Part shown: one piece after another, positions 24,396-35,027 of the stretch | How positions within the stretch are numbered: the stretch's first letter is position 1 | Layout of the letters: each line of letters begins with the position of its first letter | Assembly (NCBI GenBank): GCA_043228905.1 | Contig: JBHGNT010000011.1 | Coordinates: 20,150,001 to 20,214,000 of the forward strand | Direction: 5' to 3' | Source: Azolla caroliniana | Lineage: Eukaryota > Plantae > Polypodiophyta | DNA: 64,000 nt | Made by a program: the position numbers and the translations under genes | The notes under the pieces: generated by a model | Told to the model about the DNA's origin: nothing | The model's input: only the letters and a program-made list of their open reading frames with translations | Databases searched by the model: none

Positions 24396-27129
24396 TTAAG
24401 ACATTCTTTGCGCAGCTTCCTTTGCAAGAACTTTTTCTTTGGCCTTGGTTTTTGCCTGAGACTTAACACCCATAATGCCTCCACCCCATTGTCTTCGAAG
24501 GTCATCAAATCGATCATTGAAGTTCGCCTAATAAACAAATAAACATCACACTAAAAATGTAAGATCATAGAAAAATGCGGAAGGTTCATGTAATAAACAA
24601 TAAAAACAGACTAAATGTTTGGACTTTTGACAATATGTAAAGCCATTTGATTGCAGAAAAAGAATGAAAAGAATCACCTTCACAGCCTCAACAATTTTGC
24701 TGAATTCCAGTTTGTCTTCATTCTTAACGGAAGTTAGGCATAAAGCTGTTGCGTTCTTAGAGTGCACGATCTAAGAAACAAATATCACATTTACTTCATG
24801 AAAATAAAAGTATGTATAATGGAAATATGTAATATATCACTGGAATAAATACCTGACCCAAGCGAGCCTTGCCTTTAACAATACAATATGGAATTCCCAT
24901 CTTTCGACATAATGCCGGAAGCCAAATTACCAACTCAATTGGATCTACGTCATGTGCAATAACCACCAACTGGGCTTTTCCCTGCATTTATGCAACAGAT
25001 CAATAACCCTCAACAAAATTTCAAAACATGATACATGAGTTAAATGTTTCTATCATACCTGCTCAATAAGATAGGTAATGTGATTAATCCCATACTTGAC
25101 TACAATGGGCTTCTTGCTTTCAATTACCGTTCCTTCAGTTAAAGCCTGTGCCTTCTTCAATAAACGCTCTTTCTTTGCAGCTTTATCTTCTGGTCTATAT
25201 TTGAGAAGCATTTTGAAGAGGCTGCTGGCTGTAATATGAGAAAAACTTCATTCCAAAACAATGCTTAACTGGGACGCTTAAAGACACTGGGAAAATTTTC
25301 TACGATATAGCACTTAGCTTACTTGTGATTCCATGATATGTTTACAATGGAGGTTGACTAGAACTTAACTTTTAATACAATAAAATAATTAGGAAAACAC
25401 ACCTACGGCATCATTATTTCTATAAAAGACGTAACTAATAAATGCAAGTAATAAAAAACGTATACTGGCTAAAATAAACATATACAATTTTATAAACTCT
25501 TAGACATTAAAACTAACATCATTTCAAAAGAAACATTACTTCCATAACACTTTTATTAATGTAACAGTTAGGAAATTGCACCTAGGTTTTTATCAAGAGT
25601 TCTTGTAAACTGATTCAATGCAGGTGGAACTTTCAATCGTTGGTTCAAAACCCTTTTCTGTCTTTGAATCCTCACATACTTAGGCCACTTCACAAAACGA
25701 TGAAGATCCTTTTTTGGAGGCAATGCACCACCAATACCAAACTGCTTAGGCTTCTTCTCAAAGAGAGGATTTACAACCTTCTCTTCAACCTGTGTTTGAA
25801 AAATACACAAAATTACTAACACTCTAATTACTCTCTTAAGAGTATAATATCAAGGAAATTCATTTTCAATCAATTAAGCCCTTGAAATACATACCACATT
25901 AAAATATGTCAAATGATGCAGATAGAGCTCAAAAAAAATTGTATTACGGCACATATGTGAATCGCAAGCATTACAGGCAAGTGAGCATAACAACCATCGA
26001 AAATGGAGTTAAAACCAGCTGATTAGATAGGATTACTATTCATATTCATCTCACATCATGCTAACGTGAATCTAGCCCCGGACACAACTTAAAGTCCGTG
26101 TTCCAACAGATCCCATCAAGTTCATGAATCTATTTCACGGAAGATACAATCTATAACGTAGTATGAATCCAGCTTCAAGTTACTGTCTTTTCCTAATGAA
26201 ATATAGTTTCGATTCATACTATCAGAGATACAGATGAGAGGGGAAACCCATTCCATAATATAAAGGAAGTAGAAAACCATCTCACACAATGTAGATGAAG
26301 ATCCGAGCCCTCTACATAATTAGAATGAGATTTCTGAACTTTCCAAATGTATAGTCCAGTGCGTAAATGATTTCAGAGACGTATAGAGAGAATACAAAAA
26401 TAATCTTACGTCGCATAAATTTAAGTTAAAATCTTTTCATAATTAAGGCGCTTAGTATTCAATGTATCTTTTATATATTTTCAAGTCATGAGATGAGGCA
26501 TAGAAGATAAATGAATTCAAGTCATTTTTAAGCATTGCGTTGCAAAGTTGCGGAAATGAATTCAATAAACGCAAACAGCGAGAGAGACAACCTCAATATC
26601 TCAATTGAAATTTTTAGAATATGTTAATTAAAATTACGCAGTCAACTTGAAAGATGCGAGAGAAAAAAATTTCGAAAGTGTCAGGCAATATGAGAGATTA
26701 CACAAAATTCTGAATCACATTATGTCAAACAGTAGTTCAAACAAAACATGAACAAGCATAAAAAACATGAGTCGTTTTCCGTATGTATCAGAACAATGGT
26801 ATTTCAAATTTACATTCCAAGCAAAATATTCATGGGCACCAAAAGTCTCAGTTTTTCTTTCCTTTCCTGAAAAAGAGTAGAAATCTAAACTAGAATGGAT
26901 ACATAAATGAAAAAATAAATGTTCAAGAGAATACCTTTTTCTTTTCTGGCTGTGAAGGAACAGGGATCTTTGCAGCTCGTTTCGGGGCCTAATAGAAGAA
27001 GAAGAAGATAAGAATTCATATTCACAGAGGAAGACGACATAAAACTCATCAAGCAAATGGAATCAAGCAGAAGCGTAGAACGAAGCAAAGAAAAAACACG
27101 TAATGTTGAAGAACAAGAATACAAACCAT
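24396..27129 (-). CDS. RPL7a: 60S ribosomal protein L7a (eL8)
   Basis: Exons 27129-27127 (ATG only), 26988-26935, 25789-25582, ~25228-25059, 24981-24853, 24770-24678, 24527-24396. Product [66 protein letters not shown]. Confidence 0.97.
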
Positions 27130-27224
27130 GGCTCTGCGAGTGCTTCTGCTCCGGCTCGCTAAAGGGGTTGAAAAGAAGGGAAGATGCGGGCACGAAGACT
27201 CTGATTTCAGGAACAACTTTCTCT

Positions 27225-27370
27225 AAACCCTACCCCCGACTCGGTTTCACACTGGGACGCCCATTTTGTCCGGTCACTCGAACCCCAATGGACGCACACA
27301 CACCACCATCCGGAGGTGGAGGAGGAAGATGGAAGCAATCCGCTACAACATTATTATTATATCTTGGGCC
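27225..27370. promoter_or_regulatory. Telo-box (AAACCCTA, 27225-27232) and site II (TGGGCC, 27365-27370) upstream of RPL7a
   Basis: Both motifs lie within ~250 bp of the ATG; this pairing is established for plant ribosomal-protein promoters. Confidence 0.6.
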
Positions 27371-27899
27371 GGGCGGGGAGGATGTTCTATGTATGTATGT
27401 ATCTTTGTGTTCTATGTATCTTCATCACCGGGGTAACCCAAAGAAAGAAGCTTTTTCCAAAACACAATCCATCCGTGTGTTGAGTGCAGTTTGTAGAGCT
27501 CGATCGCTTTCCTAAAGATGATCCTATTGATATGCATTATGTTGCTCCATGATATTCTGGTATATTTCCCCTTCTTGGGCTTCGGTATGAAGGCCATTAC
27601 TCATTGCTTTCGATGGGAACATTTCGCCCCCCCCCCCCCCCCCTTTATGACCCGATTGCATACCTCTCACTCGTTCCACGTATTACTGTTGTCGAATAAT
27701 CAAAACCCATAGGAATACATTTATTTGTCCCACAAGTGTTTCGAGATCAATACACCGAAAAGGCCTAGTTCATACGAGTCTCGTGAAACCCTGATTTAAG
27801 TTTACCATTAGCCATCCACCAATTTCGTTGTTCTAGGTTGGTTCCATCATTCCACATGCATACTTACTTTCCCCTTTTTAACTACAATGGATTTAGACG

Positions 27900-28200
27900 A
27901 TAATCTCATGATTGGTCATTGAAGGTTATGCATTGAATCATCACCACATGGTTTCAATTTGGGCACTATTCCTTCAATCATATGGAGGCTTCTTTCGAAT
28001 ATTGCTCCTTGATTCAAATGAAAAAATATTGGCATCTCTAGACTATGTGTCTGTATCCATCCAAATACCATGGATCCTACGATTTGAATGGTATATATAA
28101 TATCTCTTAGTGGTGAAGGCTACAAGTGTCCTTCAAAGAACTCACATGTTTAAATCTCTATGATGATTGTAGCATTTTTTGTTAAAAATGGACATGATAG
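27900..28200 (-). mobile_element. Highly degenerate Gypsy pol remnant
   Basis: Minus-strand fragments FFEGHL*PSPLRDIIYTIQI and QGA...KKPPY resemble the Gypsy protease-RT linker (LPPLRxIxHxIxL...PPYR). Confidence 0.3.
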
Positions 28201-29551
28201 TTTTAGGCTATAAGTGTTATGTTTGTTATATTTGTTAACATTCAAGGAAACAACAACGTATCAATCGATATTGCTTATGATGTGTTCTCCGCTTAGAAGG
28301 CTTGCGACTCTCACAACAACGGGGACATGTTGGCTTGAATGTAGCTTTCTATGTGTATGTGCTAGCACACATGAAGAGTTTTGATCCATGCGAGACAATG
28401 CATGAATTGTGATGACCAAAGTTGTGCATCAAGATGTTAGTCATTGATGAAGGAATAACCATAACAAAGACAACAATACAGAGACTTAGAGTGCAGCGTG
28501 AAAATACTTGAGGGTGTTGTAAAAGCTATAAAAGACATTGTATGAGTCCCTTTGGCCATTTATTGACATTTGAGAGAAGTTGAACTAGAGATTAAGCCTT
28601 TTCTAATATATATATTTTGCTAAGTTATAATCTTAACCTTATTCCACTTTCTTTAATAGTGAGGCCCAGAATGCAAGCTTCCATCTCAAGTGTTTGGATG
28701 AATTGTAACTTGGGAGAGCTACCTTCCATGACATTGATTGTGTTTGTCATTTACTTTCTCGAGTCTTTCCTTAATCGTTAATATTAAGTGATTGAGTAGG
28801 TGTAAGAGTATTCACGTGCATTTGGGTATTCTAGATAGAGAGAGATTACTTTGTTTGTTCATTAATATTTGCTAGTACACTTGGAATGGTTGATACACAT
28901 TCAAACACATCATGACAACAATATAGTGGATGTTGTCCCAACCTTGTAGATTTGGTTCTAGATTAATTACTTGGGTGAGACTAACTAGAACAATGTGTGG
29001 TAAGTCCCAAACTTCCCTACAAAGTGTTCAATCATCTACCTAATCCCAAACTTAAACAAAAATTAGCATACCCATGCAATATGGGTAAAGCAATATTTAG
29101 ACGGCTTATTTAAAACATATAGTGAGCATTGACATATCTTACCATCCTTACATTCCCGCTTTGATGCATTAATACCAAATACTTAAGTGTTACGATCATG
29201 CCACACTAGTTGTTATATGCACATGCAAACACATTGCATCTCCTCACAACTGTACATAACATACTTGTCATGTTTTCCAAGCGAAGAAGTTTCATAGTGA
29301 GCGTGTTACACAATTTATCAAGTGAGGGACACAAGAAAGTGTTGCTGTGTAGCATATAGATGTGCTACATGTGAGGAGACATTCATGAATACAATCGTAT
29401 CCTGTAGGTGGTCCTATGGTCTTCCAATAAGTGGCTCACAATCATCTCTGGCAAACTATGACCAGAGTTGGGGTACGAAGGTAGTTAGAGTCTAAGACCA
29501 CAGGGTCTCTAGATATACATACATATATACTACTTCACGTAAACTATATCC

Positions 29552-29742
29552 CGCATCGGTGTAGTGAACCGTGGACAAAAGGGTTGACACCTGTGAGCTC
29601 AAATTTCTAATGACCGGACCGACTGGACATGGAGAGCCATTTGCTGGCCCTCCCTTACCATCACCAGGCATGGCCACATTGACTTGTCTCATAAGTCATA
29701 TTTGACCCCTAAAGTCTATCTAACTATCGATCTATCTATCTC
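29552..29742 (+). mobile_element. Putative SINE with LINE-derived 3' end and (TATC)n tail
   Basis: gtctcataagtcatatttgacc (29686-29707) matches the LINE terminus at 21/22 nt, but the upstream body is unrelated to the LINE. Weak tRNA-like head gcatcggtgtagtg...gagctcaaatttc. Confidence 0.45.
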
Positions 29743-29989
29743 AAATTCTCTCTTTTTCTTCTCGAATTGAAGAAGCCGTCCATTTAAGCAAGCAGACATA
29801 GCGAGCGATGGCACGCCCTTAAGAACGAAAGAACGAAAGAAAGGGTTAAAGAAGGGGAGGAACTGTTTCTGCTTCTTCTTCAAATGGACTTTGTCTCTGA
29901 CAGCAGGTCCTTCTTATTCTTCTTCCCCTCCTCTTTTTGTGTTCCTGCTCTCTCCGGTTTCATTTGACGCCCTTTTTTTTCTGACGTTT

Positions 29990-30530
29990 CCTTTGATTCT
30001 ATCAACAAAACACTGAAGGGCCTCATGGCCTTTTTCATCTTGGGCATACCTTGTGGTGACTGAAGACAAAGAAAAGAGGCCTTGAACAGGAAGGCCTTTG
30101 AGCACTTGTCCAGCCCTTTATGAGGGCACCACATTCGCCAGACATGTCTCGCATTGGCTTTTCCATATGAGAGAAACATAATACTTTTCTAAATTTACTA
30201 TTCCCTCCGTTGTCTCTCGAAAGGTCTTCAGGACAATAGAAAATTAACTTTTTAATGTAAAGGATGGAAAAATAAGCAATTTTATCTATTCCCAAAATCC
30301 ATTGCCAGTACAGGTGTCACTAGTGTCTTGGAGAAGCCCAATTGATCCTTATTAGTTAATTAAAGTTATTCGCATGAGAAGTATTTTCACCCTTAAGTAC
30401 TCATAATCAGTTCATGTATAATTGCACCGTCATTCATTTATAAAACTAGGGGAAAGCTATGAAGTAACTTGAGATTTCAATTTACCCAAATACCCAGAGT
30501 TCTTCTATCCCTTAATGCCCCTAAGTTGCA
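29990..30530 (-). pseudogene. Inverted, diverged partial duplicate of the 5' region of the downstream PPR gene
   Basis: Its reverse complement aligns with ~31400-31921 and 32074-32225 (taaggatcaa(t/a)tgg, gacactagtg, tatgtttctctca, tatgcccaa(g/a)atg(a/g)aaaaggccatgaggc); translates as RYAQDEKGHEALQCF. Confidence 0.85.
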
Positions 30531-31312
30531 TTGTTTCTAATTCAATATGCCACTGGTCAACCTCGAAAGAGATAAAAAGGAGTTGAATTGACCATATATG
30601 AGGGTGTTTGGGAAATAGTGGAAACTTAAGGGCATTTTGGAAAATAAAGAAAAACTTGGGTGGGGTATTTCATATACAATAGGACGATGAAAGTGGCACA
30701 AAAAAAAGAATCTGCATTGACAGAGAATATTGTTGTCTTGAGCACATGAGCTGATAGAGATCAATGTTATGGAGTACAAGGTGATTGTCTCCTTGGTTAC
30801 CGGTAGCGCTCCTTTTTGGGTTGCTTCAATATTTGTATATTTTTCAACTTTTGGCAATTCGGTTTGTATGGATTAAACTTATGTTGCATCCATTGATATT
30901 ATAACCTGGGAGCAACATGCATTTTATGGAGATACAGAATCTTAAATATGCAATGTTGGTACCCTTTTGTCCATATGACTTTCCATGAACTTGTAATGTG
31001 CTCATACTATGCAGTAAAGTTTAATTTGTTGTTGCTTGATAGATTGAAAGTTGGATTCAGAATTTTTTGTAAGAGTAGAAAAAAATACCAAATTTTCAAT
31101 TTTAACCTTCACATTTCAATTTGCGATTCAGATACTGCAGAGGAAGAAGACATTGGCTTGATAGATATATGATCATTGGTTCTATTCATGCAATATTGTT
31201 TCACTTTGAATTACTCAATAATATGCAGATCAACTATATACATTCCCAAATTTGTTGACCCAAGGCAGGGATAATAGTCATGGTTTACTTTATTTATCCA
31301 AATGCCCCGAGG

Positions 31313-31710
31313 TGTTATTGTTTTCAAAGCAGCTAATCTACACCGAAAGAAAGAAAAAGGGGATGAATTGACTTTGCAATAGGGCATTCAAGGAAATACT
31401 CAAAACTTAGGGGCATTTTGAGTAACAAAATAACTTTGGGTATTTCATAGTTTTCCCTATTTTATATATGAATGTCTATACAGTTTTCATGATTTGACTA
31501 TCATCTACCTATATAGAGGAGGGTTTCTTATTGTTTTGAAAGCCCCTGATCTGCACCGAAAGAAAGAAAAAGGGGATGAATTGACTCTGTAATACAGTAT
31601 TAGAGAAAATACTCAAAACTTAAATAACTCTGGATATTTCATAGTTTCTCCCTATTTTATATATGAATGTCTACACAGTTTTCATGAACTGACTATTATC
31701 TACCTATATG
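31313..31710. repeat. ~210-bp tandem duplication with MITE-like arm upstream of the PPR ORF
   Basis: ttattgtttt(c/g)aaagc...caccgaaagaaagaaaaaggggatgaattgact...aaatactcaaaactta...ccctattttatatatgaatgtcta occurs twice. Confidence 0.85.
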
Positions 31711-31912
31711 CAGGAAGTGTTTCTTATGCAGGATAAGATTAATTTACTGTTAAGGATCAAATGGCCTTCTTGAGGACACTAGTGGAAGCATTGGCATGGA
31801 ATGTCTGGATTGATGAAGTGGCCCATTTTTTCCATTCTTTAAGGAAACAGATTAGTCTTCTATTAGTCTTTAAGGGAATGATAACTTTAGAAGAGTACTA
31901 TGTTTCTCTCAG

Positions 31913-34843
31913 ATGGGAAATGAAGGAAGTGAGAAAGAGATTAATGCTTTCGTGGACTTTTTCAAGGCCTGTGCCAAGAAAAAAGACCTCTCAAAAGGGA
32001 CAACTCTACATGCTCATATTCTCAAGAGAGGATTGCTGGAAAAGAGTCCTTACATAGCTAGTGCTCTAATCAACATGTATACCAAATGTGGTGAGCTCAT
32101 TAAAGCACAGAAAGTGCTCGAAGACCTTATCGTTCGGGATGTTTTCTCTTGGTCTTCACTCATTGCTGGATATGCCCAAAATGGAAAAGGCCATGAGGCA
32201 CTTGATTGTTTTGATAGAATGCAGAAAGAGAGCCTCTCTCCCAATGAGGTCACCTTTGCTTGTATTCTCAAGGCTTGTGGAAGTATAGGAGCTATTCATA
32301 AGGGCAAACACATTCACATTGAAATTGTCCATAGAGGTTTGTTGGAGAGAAATGTTGTGGTTGGAAATGCTTTGGTTGATATGTATACAAAGTGTGGTAT
32401 GCTTGTAAAAGCTCAACAAGTGCTCGATGAGATTCCGGTTCGAGATGTGGTCTCTTGGTCTACACTGATTGCAGGGTATGCACAACAGGGGCATGCTCAT
32501 GAAGCACTACATTGTTTTGAAAAGATGCAGAGGGAGGGTGTCTCTCCAAATGAGGTCACGTTCACTTGCATCCTGAAGGCTTGTGGAAGCATAAGAGCTA
32601 TTGATTATGGCCAGGAAGTTCATGATAAGATTTCAAATAGGGGGATGTTGCCGAAAAATATTGTGCTTGGTAATGCTTTGGTGGACATGTATGCTAAGTG
32701 TGGTCTGCTTCCAAAAGCACAACAAGTGCTTGAAGACCTTCCTATCCGAGATGTAGTCTCTTGGTCATCACTAATTGCAGGGTATGCTGAGGAGGGGCAA
32801 GGTCATCAAGCTCTGGAATGTTTTGCGAAGATGCAAAGAGAAGGACTCTCTCCTAATGAGGTGACCTACATTTGCATCTTGAAGGCATGTGGCAGTGTCA
32901 GAACTGTAGACAAGGGCAAACAAATTCACGAGGAGATTGCTAACAAGGGTTTGCTGCTGAACAATATTGTACTTGGTAACGCTGTGGTGGATATGTATGT
33001 CAAATGCGGTATGCTTGCGAAAGCACAAGAAATACTTGAAGAACTTTCTGTTCGAGATGCAGTGTCTTGGAATACATTGATTGCGGGATATGTGCAACAT
33101 GAGCAAGAACATGAAGCATTCCATTGTTTTGCAGAGATGGAAAGGGAGGGTCTTTCTCCAGATCAAACAACCTTCCTTTGTGTCTTGAAAGCTTGTGGCA
33201 CTACAAAAGCTATCGCAAAAGGGAAAGAAATTCATTATGCCATTGTAAAGAGGGGCATGCTTGAGAAAAGCACAATGCTTTGCACTGCTTTGGTGGATAT
33301 GTATGCCAAATGTGGTGAGCTTGCAAAAGCAAAAGAAGTGCTTGAGGGCCCTGTTGCACAAGATGTAGATTCATGGAATGCACTCATTCTAGGGTATGCC
33401 AGACAAGAGCTGAGTTATGAAGCACTTACATGTTTTGAGCGAATGCAAAGGGAGAGAATCTCTCCGAATGAAGTCACATTCATTTATTTACTAAAGGCTT
33501 GTGGTAGCATAGGTGCTATTGACGAGGGCATAAGAGTTCATGATGAGATTGCCAATCGTGCCTTTTTGGAGAAAAGTATCATGGTTGGTAATGCATTGAT
33601 AGATATGTATGCCAAATGTGGCGTGCTTGCAAAAGCACAAGAAGTGCTGGAAGCCCTTCCTGTGCGAGATACTATCTCGTGGAATGCCCTAATTTCAGGT
33701 TACATCAATGAGGATCAAAGCCAAGAAGCCTTGAATTGTTTTATAAAGATGCAAAGAGAGGGTCTAACACCAGATGAGATCACCTTAACTTGCTTGCTGA
33801 AGGCATGTGGCACCATAGGAGCCCTTCGTAAGGGTAAAGAAATTCACTATATGATTGTGACCAGAGGATTGCTAGCGAATAACCTAATGCTAGGTACCAC
33901 ATTAGTGGATACATATGCCAAATGTGGGCTACTTGAAAAAGCACAACAAGTGCTTGAAGAGCTTCCAGTTCGAGACAAAATCTCTTGGAATGCACTTCTT
34001 GCAGGGTATGTACAACATGGAAAAGATTTTGAAGCACTAAAATATTTTACATTGATGCAAAGAGAGGGTCTCTCTCCAGATGAGGCTACCTTTTCTTGTG
34101 TCTTGAAGGCATGTGGCACAATAGGAGCCATAGATAAGGGCATACAAATCCATGATGAGATTTTGAGCAAGGGCTTGATAAAGACTCATGCCATGCTTGG
34201 TACTGCATTAGTGGACATGTATGTCAAATGTGGAGTTCTTGCAAAAGCACAAAAAGTACTCGAAGAGCTTCCGATCCGAGACACATTCTCTTGGAATGCT
34301 CTAATAGCAGGTTATGCTGAAGAAGGGCATTCAAACAAAGTATTGGAATGTTTGGAACAAATGCAAAGAGAGAATCTCTCTCCAGACGATGTTACCTTCC
34401 TTTCTATACTCAATGCTTGTAGTCGAACTGGAAAATCAGCTGAAGCACAATTGTACTATGAGACTATGAGTACAAAATATGGTATTATACCAAAGGTAGA
34501 GCACCATACTTGCATGGTTGTTATGTTTGGATCAGAAGGGCGATTTGATAAAGCGATGTCGATGATAGAGACGATGCCATCTTTGAATGACCCTTCAGTT
34601 TGGCTTGCTCTATTGAGTTCTTGTAAGAAATGGGGCAATGTGAAGCTTGGAAGATTAGCCTTTGATAACGTGACCCGACTAGATGATAATGTTGGTGTAG
34701 CTTATGTGTTTATGGCTAGTATATATGCAGCAGCAGACATGCAAGAGGAAGCACAAAGTGTTGAATCAATAAGGGTGAAGAAGATAAAGCATAGACCAAA
34801 GGGGGCGTATAATTCATTATCTACTGTGACAACCCTTCTCTAA
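31913..34843 (+). CDS. PLS-class pentatricopeptide repeat protein with E1-E2 end, no DYW (putative organellar RNA-editing specificity factor)
   Basis: 976-aa ORF with a 306-nt period (P 35 + L 36 + S 31 aa), 8 P-type motifs DxxSWxxLIAGY, then L2/S2 and E1 (VWLALLSSCKKWGN) and E2 (AYVFMASIYAAA). The ATG is directly preceded by a tgtttctctcAG acceptor-like site, so upstream exons are possible. Confidence 0.95.
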   Translation: MGNEGSEKEINAFVDFFKACAKKKDLSKGTTLHAHILKRGLLEKSPYIASALINMYTKCGELIKAQKVLEDLIVRDVFSWSSLIAGYAQNGKGHEALDCFDRMQKESLSPNEVTFACILKACGSIGAIHKGKHIHIEIVHRGLLERNVVVGNALVDMYTKCGMLVKAQQVLDEIPVRDVVSWSTLIAGYAQQGHAHEALHCFEKMQREGVSPNEVTFTCILKACGSIRAIDYGQEVHDKISNRGMLPKNIVLGNALVDMYAKCGLLPKAQQVLEDLPIRDVVSWSSLIAGYAEEGQGHQALECFAKMQREGLSPNEVTYICILKACGSVRTVDKGKQIHEEIANKGLLLNNIVLGNAVVDMYVKCGMLAKAQEILEELSVRDAVSWNTLIAGYVQHEQEHEAFHCFAEMEREGLSPDQTTFLCVLKACGTTKAIAKGKEIHYAIVKRGMLEKSTMLCTALVDMYAKCGELAKAKEVLEGPVAQDVDSWNALILGYARQELSYEALTCFERMQRERISPNEVTFIYLLKACGSIGAIDEGIRVHDEIANRAFLEKSIMVGNALIDMYAKCGVLAKAQEVLEALPVRDTISWNALISGYINEDQSQEALNCFIKMQREGLTPDEITLTCLLKACGTIGALRKGKEIHYMIVTRGLLANNLMLGTTLVDTYAKCGLLEKAQQVLEELPVRDKISWNALLAGYVQHGKDFEALKYFTLMQREGLSPDEATFSCVLKACGTIGAIDKGIQIHDEILSKGLIKTHAMLGTALVDMYVKCGVLAKAQKVLEELPIRDTFSWNALIAGYAEEGHSNKVLECLEQMQRENLSPDDVTFLSILNACSRTGKSAEAQLYYETMSTKYGIIPKVEHHTCMVVMFGSEGRFDKAMSMIETMPSLNDPSVWLALLSSCKKWGNVKLGRLAFDNVTRLDDNVGVAYVFMASIYAAADMQEEAQSVESIRVKKIKHRPKGAYNSLSTVTTLL

Positions 34844-34953
34844 GAAATATATATGTTGTGTAATAATGCTACGGGATAGTCAAATCTTGAAAATTTATTC
34901 TTTGGGAATTTATTTGAAAAGAGAAATATGAATTAAATTCTTTCTTTGTCACA

Positions 34954-35027
34954 GCTTTCATAGCTCAGTTGGTTAGAGCACCCGTTTAGTAAGCGGGAGG
35001 TCTTGAGTTCGACTCTCAATGAAAGCA
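34954..35027 (+). tRNA. tRNA-Thr (AGU)
   Basis: Acceptor stem GCTTTCA/TGAAAGC, D-arm TAGCTCAGTTGGTTAGAGC, anticodon arm CCCGT-TTAGTAA-GCGGG, T-arm TTGAG-TTCGACT-CTCAA; T-run terminator ~35 nt downstream. Confidence 0.97.

Noticed and set aside
25790-26934. Intronic snoRNAs in the long RPL7a intron
   Set aside because: rpL7a hosts snoRNAs in some lineages, but I found no convincing box C/D pair with a terminal stem or rRNA complementarity by eye; needs Infernal or snoscan.
27057-27515. 152-aa + strand ORF overlapping the RPL7a start
   Set aside because: Antisense to the RPL7a first exon and promoter, with no recognisable domain.
12216-35027. Functional RNA-processing cluster (PRORP, RPL7a, PPR, tRNA, TCTP)
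   Set aside because: Co-location of common housekeeping genes in a gene-dense region is expected by chance; there is no evidence of co-regulation.
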